Source: an uncultured Nitrososphaerota archaeon
Lineage (GTDB): Archaea > Asgardarchaeota > Njordarchaeia > Njordarchaeales > Panguiarchaeaceae
DNA: 21,990 nt
NCBI GenBank assembly: GCA_964636085.1
Contig: CAZWPQ010000034.1
Location: 1 to 21,990, forward strand
Direction of reading: 5' to 3'
Below are positions 1-8,720 of the stretch, piece by piece (within the stretch, counting starts at the first letter, position 1; each line of letters begins with the position of its first letter). The notes beneath the pieces are model-generated. The model was not told the origin of the DNA and did no database searches. It worked only from the letters and a program-made list of their open reading frames with translations. The translations under genes and the position numbers were made by a program.

Positions 1-162
1 CAAGAGGGAGAGTACCTATATACAGATCTCCCCGAGTATGTCGCAAAGAAGCTTCATAGAGATACAAAACTAAGAAAAATTCTATCGGCCGATATATTGG
101 ACACATTCAAGGAGATCGTGGAGATAAAGCGGAGAATTCATGGTTTTACATGGGGGCTCTGA
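1..162 (+). CDS. 3' end of a hypothetical protein (partial)
   Basis: Frame 1 is open from base 1 (QEGEYLYTDLPEYVAKKLHRD...RRIHGFTWGL) to TGA at 160-162; no family recognised. Confidence 0.55.
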   Translation, partial: QEGEYLYTDLPEYVAKKLHRDTKLRKILSADILDTFKEIVEIKRRIHGFTWGL

Positions 163-185
163 TAGCGTTAGCATTCCAACGTGTA

Positions 186-193
186 TTTATAAA
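186..193 (+). promoter_or_regulatory. Candidate TATA box for the UPF0147/ribosomal protein run
   Basis: TTTATAAA about 45-55 nt upstream of the UPF0147 start, in an AT-rich gap. Confidence 0.4.
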
Positions 194-238
194 CCATAAT
201 AAAGCGATAATAAAGTAGTTTTTGTAGAAGTTTCTGAG

Positions 239-523
239 GTGATGTCTATGATGTCGGAATCCGAGTCGACACTCGAGCAGGCTATGAATATATTGAAATC
301 TGTGGCCAACAACCCAGGAATACCTCGCAATATAAGACGCGTAGCAAGGGAGGCATTCTCAGAATTGAGAAAACAAGAATATAATATAGCATTGAGGGCA
401 GCAAATGCTATCGAGAAACTCACGTCCATACTAGATGAACCACAAATTCCGTTGTTTGCTCGTACTTCATTGTTGCAAGCAATAGAACTATTAGATAAGC
501 TAACAAGGACGGAGGTAGAATAA
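239..523 (+). CDS. UPF0147 family protein
   Basis: Motifs 'NPGIPRNIRRVA', 'RAANAIEKL..I..EPQIPLFART' typical of archaeal UPF0147. Confidence 0.85.
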   Translation: MMSMMSESESTLEQAMNILKSVANNPGIPRNIRRVAREAFSELRKQEYNIALRAANAIEKLTSILDEPQIPLFARTSLLQAIELLDKLTRTEVE

Positions 524-525
524 GT

Positions 526-816
526 ATGTCAAATATATCCATAAGGAAAGTAAAAGCTCTAGAAAATCCACTCCTTTTCAGAAAGGAGTACATCTTTGCT
601 GTTATTCATGATGCTCAATCAACACCTTCGAGGGTCAAGCTGAGGGAGGAAATATCTAAGCAACTTGGCGTGGACAAGGACTTAATAGTGGTAAGAAAAA
701 TAAAAACAGAATTTGGTACAAATGTTGCTAGGGTAGAGGTACATATATATGATAACAAAGAAAAACTGATGGAGATAGAGCCCGAATACATATTAAAGAG
801 AAATAACATCATATGA
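526..816 (+). CDS. rps24e: 30S ribosomal protein S24e (eS24)
   Basis: 'ENPLLFRKE', 'H...STPSR', 'IKTEFG', 'EPEYILKRN'; GGAGG upstream; directly before rps27ae as usual in archaea. Confidence 0.95.
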   Translation: MSNISIRKVKALENPLLFRKEYIFAVIHDAQSTPSRVKLREEISKQLGVDKDLIVVRKIKTEFGTNVARVEVHIYDNKEKLMEIEPEYILKRNNII

Positions 817-835
817 TCTTGGAAGTGATGTTGGA

Positions 836-1036
836 ATGTCCTCAAAAGGCAAAAAAGCACAGAAGAATACCCTTAAAACGCGGATATACAAATATTACAA
901 AATAACGGGAGACAAAGTGGATAGACTAAGAAAGTTTTGTCCGGTCTGCGGGCCGGGTGTGTTCATGGCGAAACATAAGGATCGATGGTCATGTGGAAAG
1001 TGCGGATATACCGAGTGGATCAAGAAGGAGAAATAG
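836..1036 (+). CDS. rps27ae: 30S ribosomal protein S27ae (eS31)
   Basis: Zn ribbon '[26 protein letters not shown]'. Confidence 0.97.
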   Translation: MSSKGKKAQKNTLKTRIYKYYKITGDKVDRLRKFCPVCGPGVFMAKHKDRWSCGKCGYTEWIKKEK

Positions 1037-1045
1037 GGGTTTGCT

Positions 1046-1498
1046 ATGAGGATAAGGTACAAAAAGAAGAAGAGAAAAACCCGAAAGCTATACGGACAGA
1101 AGTATAGAGGATACGGCCAGGTTGGTAGGCACAGACATCACCCCGGTGGAAGAGGAATGGCTGGTTCAAAGGATCATATGAAAATGCATTTGCTTAAAAA
1201 GGGCCATGTTTTCGGGGCAGGCCGTGGCTTTACACGTCATGGGGTAAAGCATGAGTGTATTGAGGTTAATATTGGCCGAATAGAAGATTTTGCTAGAAAA
1301 ATAGGGGCCGAATGCTATGAGGAGAATGAGAAATTAGTGGTGGATCTATCCAAGGTACCATATCTTAAGGTGTTGGGGTCTGGAAAAATTGATAGGCCAA
1401 TGAGATTAATCGTCAACAAGAACTTTAGGATCAGCGAAAAAGCCAAGACTAAAATTGAGGAAATTGGGGGAGAAATAGTATATCCATCTAGTTCATAA
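1046..1498 (+). CDS. rpl15: 50S ribosomal protein uL15 (L15/L27a type)
   Basis: 'GYGQVGRHRHHPGGRGMAG', 'G.RGF', 'KVLGSG', 'SEKAKTKIEEIGG'. Confidence 0.92.
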   Translation: MRIRYKKKKRKTRKLYGQKYRGYGQVGRHRHHPGGRGMAGSKDHMKMHLLKKGHVFGAGRGFTRHGVKHECIEVNIGRIEDFARKIGAECYEENEKLVVDLSKVPYLKVLGSGKIDRPMRLIVNKNFRISEKAKTKIEEIGGEIVYPSSS

Positions 1499-4076
1499 TT
1501 AACCCAACTTTTCTAGCCGCCGCATCCTTTAACCTCCTAGCTAAAACGTCTCCGATTCCAGCAACAGTTTTTAACGATTCGATGCTGGCTCGTGCGATTG
1601 TCTCAAATGAATCAAATCCAGCTCTTTTAAGAGCCAGAGCACGTGTTCTACCAATACCCTCAACCTCTTCAACAATCTCTAGGAGATACTTTGGTACGCC
1701 ATGTCTTACCATTCTAGACAAGATCCTAAGATTTTCTACAGTGGAGATGGATAATTTTAGACTGTTGGCGAGTTCGGCAGAGCAATGAAGCAACCAGTCG
1801 GATATTCTAATGAATTCGGAGAGATCTCCTGGCCCAAAATTAGGGAGGAATCTATCCAGTATTCTATGGGTAGGTTTTCCCTCAATCCAATCCTTTAAAA
1901 TACATATCCCTCCAGCAATTGCTATGATTTCTTCTTCGTCAGCGGTAAAAAATTCTCTACTTGTGGAGCCCTCGATGATGAAGCCTAGTATATTATGCTC
2001 TTTTGCCAAATCCCTAACTATAGTCTCGTGCTCATAGATGTAATCGATGAGAGCATCAAATTTAGATAGCAATTTCCTTATGATAGTCCAGTTCTCCGGA
2101 GATGATACGACGGCGAATAATATTTGCATTACTTTTCTTGAATCCCAAGACTCTTTAGAATTTCTCCAAGACTTCAGGGTATCAAGTATTGTCTTAGCTG
2201 AGGTAGGCTTAAGGTAAAGTCTTACCAAAACTCTTCCGATCTCCGTTGCTTGATAATAAATCCTTCGCCCCTTTCTGACCCTTAGGATAAGGCCATTATC
2301 CACCAGAAATCTCAATCCGTCCCTTATGTTAGACTCCAGCACGTTAAGTCCATGGATATCCCCCATGCGTCTAGAGTAATTATAAAAGAATGTATCCTCG
2401 AAAAAGTTATAGATTCTTCTCTTATCGATCATGCTTTCCATCACTACTAATGCTAGTATTTGAGAATATACTATTGGCGGTATATGGCCAGAAATCGGTT
2501 TAATAGCCTCTGGTTGCCCCAGCACATACTTCTCAATGAATTTATTCATTTCTTTCCTATTTTTGGCGATCAAAATTGCCTCTCCTACTTTATCGTAGTT
2601 AGGTCTTCCTGCCCTACCTCCTCGTTGCTTATAATCTGCTGTGGAAAGATCGACAACACCGCCATATTCTGGTTCATAATACTTGTGCTCAATAATAACT
2701 CTCCTCGCGGGCAAATTAACTCCTGCGGCTAGGGTAGGTGTAGCGACGAGTACAGCTAAGTGCCCAGCCCTAAATGCTTCCTCGATTATCTGCCTTTCCA
2801 ATCTTGATAATCCTGCATGGTGAAAGCCTACCCCGTAGGATGTTGTATCAATTAATTCCATTGTGAGTAGCGTTGGTTCTTGTATCTCGTTTTTGAGTCG
2901 ATCCGCAACGTTCTTACATCCTTGGTAAAGGATATAATACTGGCGGGTTTTCATGAATTCTGCTATTTTTTTCGCTGTTTTTTGAGCTAGGCTTCTAGAC
3001 CTACGAAATACCAATAGTTGCCATTTTTGCCCATATTTTTGCATCTCATGTATCATATCCTCTAAAATGTCGAGTATTGCTACCATGAATGATGTACTTC
3101 TTATGTTTCCATGGGCAGTTCTCACACGCTTAACATAAAATCCGCCAGACCCAATCATACTAGCATATTTTTTTTCTAGGTATTGACATAAACGTGTTCT
3201 TTTGAAGCGTCGAGCGACTAGGCGTCCAATCCCCTCGCTTACAGATATGATCTTATAGTTCTCCCCTAAGAGGTTATCCAGCGGTATTTTATTAGTTTTC
3301 TCTCTTTTGGCCAGGAATTCATCTAATGTTTTTTCCTTTTTTATGGGTTCTATAAGATCATTGTTAGTTACAAAATATTGCTCCGCTTCATTAGGCCGGG
3401 GATCATAGATTATCATTTTGGATTCGGGGGGAATATAGATACATTCTAAAAGCTTCACTGGTCTAAAATCACTCACCACGAGCTCTGCATTTAGCCACTC
3501 GCTGATGTCTTCAGGATTAAGTATTGTTGCTGAGAGTCCAATTATCTGAATACCATGATCCTTCATATAGGTGAGCACTATATCGAGTAATGGGCCTCTT
3601 TTTGGATCTCCTAACAAGTGGATCTCATCAACAATAGCTAGCTTTACTGATTCTAACCAGCTAGGTTTTTCCCTGAATATGTGATCAGTTTTTTCATAGG
3701 TTAATACGATCAAATCGTGCATTCCAAGAGCTCTCAGCGGGACATCCCTATAATCCCCTGTAGCCACCCCTACATTGATTGGATATCTTAATCTGAATGT
3801 AGACGCTATTTCTTCAGCAAGGGCTTTGTACGGGGTCAGATAAAATACTTTCCATCCGTCTTTAAGAATCATGTTAACTGCAAGAACCTCCCCAATTAGT
3901 GTTTTTCCACTCCCTGTGGGCGCAACAACGATTAATGACTTGCCTTTCAATCCCTTGCGAATAGCCTCATATTGAAATTTTCGCAGATTTTTAATGTTTA
4001 TTCCATATAGTGCATTGATAATATTTTTGTCTACTCCTAACCTGACAAGTATTTCTGTAGGTATATCACTCAACAT
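1488..4076 (-). CDS. hel308: Ski2-like SF2 DNA helicase (Hel308/Hjm type)
   Basis: APTGSGKT, PYKALA, TGD, DEIH, LSAT, FHHAGL, ATPTLAAGVNLPA, QRGGRAGRP; C-terminal HhH repeats (EGIGRTRA, AGIG). Confidence 0.88.
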   Translation of the reverse strand: MLSDIPTEILVRLGVDKNIINALYGINIKNLRKFQYEAIRKGLKGKSLIVVAPTGSGKTLIGEVLAVNMILKDGWKVFYLTPYKALAEEIASTFRLRYPINVGVATGDYRDVPLRALGMHDLIVLTYEKTDHIFREKPSWLESVKLAIVDEIHLLGDPKRGPLLDIVLTYMKDHGIQIIGLSATILNPEDISEWLNAELVVSDFRPVKLLECIYIPPESKMIIYDPRPNEAEQYFVTNNDLIEPIKKEKTLDEFLAKREKTNKIPLDNLLGENYKIISVSEGIGRLVARRFKRTRLCQYLEKKYASMIGSGGFYVKRVRTAHGNIRSTSFMVAILDILEDMIHEMQKYGQKWQLLVFRRSRSLAQKTAKKIAEFMKTRQYYILYQGCKNVADRLKNEIQEPTLLTMELIDTTSYGVGFHHAGLSRLERQIIEEAFRAGHLAVLVATPTLAAGVNLPARRVIIEHKYYEPEYGGVVDLSTADYKQRGGRAGRPNYDKVGEAILIAKNRKEMNKFIEKYVLGQPEAIKPISGHIPPIVYSQILALVVMESMIDKRRIYNFFEDTFFYNYSRRMGDIHGLNVLESNIRDGLRFLVDNGLILRVRKGRRIYYQATEIGRVLVRLYLKPTSAKTILDTLKSWRNSKESWDSRKVMQILFAVVSSPENWTIIRKLLSKFDALIDYIYEHETIVRDLAKEHNILGFIIEGSTSREFFTADEEEIIAIAGGICILKDWIEGKPTHRILDRFLPNFGPGDLSEFIRISDWLLHCSAELANSLKLSISTVENLRILSRMVRHGVPKYLLEIVEEVEGIGRTRALALKRAGFDSFETIARASIESLKTVAGIGDVLARRLKDAAARKVGLIMN

Positions 4077-4254
4077 GATTACCAGGGGAATTGTGTATTA
4101 TCAGGACATTATACTAGTATAAGACTCTACCACTATAATAGTTGACTATACTTATTGATTAATTAAATTGTAATCAACGTTCACGACAATATAAAATAAT
4201 TTAAGCACACTAACCCATATAACCTAATTGATGATGAAGCTGGGTTGATATATT

Positions 4255-7200
4255 GTGTTTTTGAAGGAAGTGGAGCTCGTAGACTTTATGTGCCACAGGA
4301 AATTTATAATGAAGCCGAGCAGACTAACGTTAATATATGGCCGGAATGGTAGCGGGAAGTCAGCAATATTAGAGGCAATACATTTAGCATTTGGGGGCTT
4401 AGGTAGGGAGAGACAGGAGTTGCTGAGGGATTTTATAAGGTATGGTAAAACGAGGTCGCTAATTAGACTAAAACTCAATAATTCTGTAGCCCTTCCTGGA
4501 ATAGGTGTTATTTATCTAGACCCTAAATTGAGGCAGAATTCAGAGGTAATCATCGAACGAATCATTAAGCCAGAGCTAACTATATATAAAATCAATGGGC
4601 AAAAAGCGACTAAGGAGGAAGTGGTTACTTTACTTTCAAAGGTTAATATTTCTCCAAAGAATCCATTCTTCTTTGTTCCGCAAGAGAAGATAACGAAATT
4701 ATTAGAAATGAAGCCAGAAGAAAGATTAGACGCCATTATGGCGGGGTTAGGTCTATTAGAACTCAAACGAGCACTGTCAAAATTAAAAGATGAGATAAGG
4801 GGATATGAAAAAAGGAAGAGCGAGATTAAGAGAGAAATCGAAGAGCTTCAAAAAAATCTAGAAGAGCAAAAAAAAGTATTAGCCTCGGTAGAATCAGCAA
4901 TTCAAACACTCAAGAATTACTACGTTTACAAGTTGGCTCTGTTGTATAAGAAAAGACTTAGATATCTTGAGGAAGAAGAAGAGCTCCTCAAGAAAATAGA
5001 TGAATTGGAGAAGCGGATTAAGGATCATGAAAATTTCATCAATACTCTTCCCGACAAGTTAGCTAATATTAGTAAAGAAATAGGACAAATGCAGGAGGAA
5101 AAGGCGAAAATTATTGCTGAAGACCCAGAATTAGATAGAAAAATACGGGAATTAGAAGAGCGTGAGAAAGAATTATCATTAAAGATAAAGAATCTGGATA
5201 GTAAGCGTGCAAATATTCTAGAGAAAATGGAGACGATCCTTAAAAAATGGAGGGTCTCCACACTAGAGGACATGGAATCTCTTCTAAAGAGCAATGAGGA
5301 GAGGTTAGTTAAGTTGGAGGAATTGATAGAGAAAGCTGACGAAACAAGACAAATCAGGGAGCTTGAAAAGACGTTAAACATCAAAAAAAAGGAACTTAAA
5401 GAATTGGAGCGGATCCGAGTAGAGTATATAAAAAAGTTCGAAGAAATCATGAATCTGCTCGACCCAAGTGGGAATGTGCTCAAAGTTTACAACTTTGTGG
5501 TTAAAGAGGGGCTTACGGATGAAGTACAGGGTCCGCTGATATTGGAGATAGCGTTTAATATTGATAACACTAAACTAAAACAATATGCATATGCTATCGA
5601 AAGGGCGTTGGATAGAAAAATATTAAAATCGTTCGTGGCGCTGAGCTGGAGAGCTTTACGGAAGCTAATGGTGATTATAAAGAGGCTAGGTAGGGATCCC
5701 CCTACTGTATTTTTCTTTGGACATGGACGAGGTATGTGGAGTGGGGAGCATCAATTTGCGCATTTTCTATATGCGGTACCTGAAGAAATCTTTGATAAAT
5801 TTGAGGAGAGGAGGATAAAAATCATGGAAAAACTATCTAGCTTATCTTCATATGAAAGATCGGCCTTTATATGTTTATTGCCACAACTTATAGATGCCCC
5901 CCAAGCTACAAAAGCGATAATAGAATATTTTGCAGGGAGTACAGCTCTTGTGAGTAATTTGGATGCTGGAATCAGTCTTATGAGGAATATAGAGTTGGAT
6001 CGAATTGTTACTATCGATGGTGAAGTAGTTCAGCGATACCCGGTGGGAGAAGGAGCAATTTATTCTATGTTGCCTAAAATAGAGAATCCAACTGAAAATC
6101 CTGAAGAATCATTGATTTATAGGGCGCGAGAATTTAAGATGCAGGAATTTAGGAGAAAGAAGAGAGATCTTGATGATGCGATAAGCAACCTTAGAGATGA
6201 AATTAGAAACCTAGAAAGGCAAATAAGTATTCTCGAAAATAATCTCCCAACGAAAATAAGAAATCTATGGCTAGAGCGTTCTAAATTAAAAGATGCGATA
6301 TCGGAACTACGCCATGATATCCTGTACTTAGTAACTGCATACAAAGAAAGAAATCGTTTGCCTGAGCAGATTAGGAAGTTGGAATCTCAACTGGATAAAA
6401 TTGAGAAGCAGATCGTCGACTTGTGTAAGAAAAAAGATCTTTATGCCAAAAGACTAGTTGAGATAGACAGTAAAATAGGACAATTTGAGAAATATAAAGA
6501 AACACTAATTAGTCAGAAAGGAAAAATAATGGCCGAACTTGAAAAAATGAGGGAAGATGTTACGATTCTTAAAAGCAAAGTTGAGACTATTAGGAGATTT
6601 AAAAATAGTATTGAAGGCGAAATAGATAGTCTTAAAAGAGAAATACGGGCATTGACGTTAGTAGTATGGTCGACATTGAGTAGTAACAGAGAACATAATG
6701 TCAATGACGTGTTGGAAAAAGAGATAGTCGAGCCTGCAGCACTAATTATAAAGGAAATGAGTGAAAGTGAGTTAGAGGAAATAATCAAAAACTTCGATGA
6801 GAAGGGTATTGCGGATCTCCGCTTTGATATAATTTCGAGAGAAGAAAAAATACGAGCAATTGAACAAATTAGGAGTAAATTAGAGAAACATAAGGCCGAA
6901 CTTAATACTATCGAAAGAAGTATAGAATCTGCTAGGAGATTAGCAGAGAAGACATTAAATAGGCTGTTAGCTAGGTTAAGGGAGAAAATACGTGAGTTAT
7001 CGGAGAATTACAAATACGTCCTATCAAAAATAGGCGCAAAGGGCGACGTACAGCTAGTTGGTGATAAAATCGATCAAATGTGTCTTAAAATAACCATAGA
7101 TCTTCATAGGAACAAGCCTGTCGATATAAGCGAGGGAGCTTTCTCGTCAGGCGAAAAAACATTGGCTATTTTTGCCTTTATTATTGCCTTATTTTTAACG

Positions 7201-7479
7201 TCGCCAACCCCTATATTGATACTAGACGAATTTGATGTATATTTGGACGATTTAATGGTAGCATTGGCGGCAAAAATATTAAAGGAAGTGCTTTTAGATC
7301 TAAAATATGTTCAGTGCATATTGACAACAACGCATAGGGTAGAGCTTATGCGCGTCGCCGACGTCATAATTAACCTTGTGTACGATGAATCCGCCAAAAG
7401 TACAACTAGTTATGTTGTCCCGAAGAGGAGAATCGAAAAAATTGTTTCACGAGGATCTATCGCATCCATACAACCCTAA
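4255..7479 (+). CDS. SMC-family ATPase, Smc5/6-like
   Basis: N-head 'DFMCH...GRNGSGKSAILEAIHLAFGG', Q-loop 'FFVPQEK', two long coiled coils around a hinge-like region ('VQGPL...AIERAL..ILKSFV'), C-head 'FSSGEK...ILILDEFDVYLD...LTTTH'. GTG start. Confidence 0.9.
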   Translation: MFLKEVELVDFMCHRKFIMKPSRLTLIYGRNGSGKSAILEAIHLAFGGLGRERQELLRDFIRYGKTRSLIRLKLNNSVALPGIGVIYLDPKLRQNSEVIIERIIKPELTIYKINGQKATKEEVVTLLSKVNISPKNPFFFVPQEKITKLLEMKPEERLDAIMAGLGLLELKRALSKLKDEIRGYEKRKSEIKREIEELQKNLEEQKKVLASVESAIQTLKNYYVYKLALLYKKRLRYLEEEEELLKKIDELEKRIKDHENFINTLPDKLANISKEIGQMQEEKAKIIAEDPELDRKIRELEEREKELSLKIKNLDSKRANILEKMETILKKWRVSTLEDMESLLKSNEERLVKLEELIEKADETRQIRELEKTLNIKKKELKELERIRVEYIKKFEEIMNLLDPSGNVLKVYNFVVKEGLTDEVQGPLILEIAFNIDNTKLKQYAYAIERALDRKILKSFVALSWRALRKLMVIIKRLGRDPPTVFFFGHGRGMWSGEHQFAHFLYAVPEEIFDKFEERRIKIMEKLSSLSSYERSAFICLLPQLIDAPQATKAIIEYFAGSTALVSNLDAGISLMRNIELDRIVTIDGEVVQRYPVGEGAIYSMLPKIENPTENPEESLIYRAREFKMQEFRRKKRDLDDAISNLRDEIRNLERQISILENNLPTKIRNLWLERSKLKDAISELRHDILYLVTAYKERNRLPEQIRKLESQLDKIEKQIVDLCKKKDLYAKRLVEIDSKIGQFEKYKETLISQKGKIMAELEKMREDVTILKSKVETIRRFKNSIEGEIDSLKREIRALTLVVWSTLSSNREHNVNDVLEKEIVEPAALIIKEMSESELEEIIKNFDEKGIADLRFDIISREEKIRAIEQIRSKLEKHKAELNTIERSIESARRLAEKTLNRLLARLREKIRELSENYKYVLSKIGAKGDVQLVGDKIDQMCLKITIDLHRNKPVDISEGAFSSGEKTLAIFAFIIALFLTSPTPILILDEFDVYLDDLMVALAAKILKEVLLDLKYVQCILTTTHRVELMRVADVIINLVYDESAKSTTSYVVPKRRIEKIVSRGSIASIQP

Positions 7480-7484
7480 TTGAG

Positions 7485-8156
7485 GTGGTTGTCGTGTATG
7501 AAAAAGGTGAATACTATAAGACTATGCGGGGAATTGCCGAATTGATACGCCTTTTGAATTCATATATCTCAAGAAAGAGGGGTCATATTAATACAAGAGA
7601 AATATCAAACACATTGGAATCTCTGGTCAGAAAAGATGAGACACCTGACGTATTGATAAATAATGTCGACATGGGGATAAAATTTTTCAATACGCTCTGT
7701 AAATATTTTCCCGTGCGACTATCCGTCATACAGAAATTTATTTCTAGTCTAGAGAATATAACATACTTTCCATCGGTAATAGCGAAAATTGTTCTGAATC
7801 TCTCATTATCTGGCAAAATTAGAATGTATGGTGAGGTTAAAGTCCGGGGCATTACACTAGGGATCATAAAGAAAGGTATTAGAAGGCTTAGGGAAGTATG
7901 TGTTTCTTGCTCTAAACTAGAGCCCAGTTTTTATCCGCGACAAAGCATTGGAAAATTTGTTAGACTGTGTAACTTAGTTAATGATATAAAGACAGCGGTT
8001 GTGGAAAGGGATATAAAATCCTTAATTTATGGTGCCTCTCATCAGGAGCCTTTTCAAGTAGATCCATACATATTGGTTCATTCTCGAAAAGAAATTGTTT
8101 TAAAAATTCTGGCCGTACTGAAATATATGGGCGAAAAGGAGCTGGCGGGGGAATAA
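7485..8156 (+). CDS. Hypothetical protein, candidate non-SMC subunit
   Basis: 223-aa ORF 5 nt after smc; no family motif recognised. Confidence 0.6.
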   Translation: MVVVYEKGEYYKTMRGIAELIRLLNSYISRKRGHINTREISNTLESLVRKDETPDVLINNVDMGIKFFNTLCKYFPVRLSVIQKFISSLENITYFPSVIAKIVLNLSLSGKIRMYGEVKVRGITLGIIKKGIRRLREVCVSCSKLEPSFYPRQSIGKFVRLCNLVNDIKTAVVERDIKSLIYGASHQEPFQVDPYILVHSRKEIVLKILAVLKYMGEKELAGE

Positions 8157-8159
8157 AAG

Positions 8160-8720
8160 TTGGATAGTTCTAGATATGATAAGAATGATGTCATAAGGAG
8201 AATAGCCGCATTACTACTATTGGAGACACAAAGACACCATTATGTGTCAAGATCTAAAGTAGAATCCATTGCGAGGAAGTACAATATTTCTTTTGAGTCG
8301 ATTAAAGAGGAACTTGTCAAGAGATTTCACAGTGTAGGTATTGTGTTGAGGGAGGTGGAGGTAGAGAGAAGGAACAAGCGAAAGCGCATGCTTATATGTG
8401 TACTAGACCCAGAATTAGACCTAGATGCTAGTTTTATTGATCCAATAATGGCCGCAGTTTTGGCGATTATTTATGTTAGGACCAAGAGGGGGGAGATATT
8501 GATAGATGAGCTATATGATGAGATATCAAAATTGTTCGGTTCTGAAGAAATAAAGGCTAAAATATCGGAAATCCTAAGGGTGTTAGAAAAAAAGAAGTTG
8601 ATCAGTATAGACACTAAGGAGAGAATTATTAGATTGAAACCATTGGCAATAGCTATGATGCCTCCTAAAGATAAAATCGATAAGCTCCTATTGGATGTGT
8701 TAACGAGGCGTGAGGGGTAG
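8160..8720 (+). CDS. Tandem winged-helix (KITE; MAGE/Nse3- or ScpB-like) protein
   Basis: 'RRIAALLLL...VSRSKV...FESIKEELVKRFHSVGIVLREVE...LICVLD' then 'AAVLAIIYV...ILIDELYDEI...ILRVLEKKKLI' follows the WH-A/WH-B pattern of MAGE/Nse3; located in the smc operon. Confidence 0.6.
   Translation: MDSSRYDKNDVIRRIAALLLLETQRHHYVSRSKVESIARKYNISFESIKEELVKRFHSVGIVLREVEVERRNKRKRMLICVLDPELDLDASFIDPIMAAVLAIIYVRTKRGEILIDELYDEISKLFGSEEIKAKISEILRVLEKKKLISIDTKERIIRLKPLAIAMMPPKDKIDKLLLDVLTRREG

Noticed and set aside
4224-6788. Ser/Phe/Leu-rich minus-strand ORFs within smc (and similar shadows in other genes)
   Set aside because: Antisense shadows of Glu/Lys-rich codons with no independent motifs.
4255-8720. 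Wadjet/MksBEFG or Rad50-Mre11 system
   Set aside because: No JetD/Toprim or Mre11 nuclease nearby, no central CxxC zinc hook, and housekeeping context.
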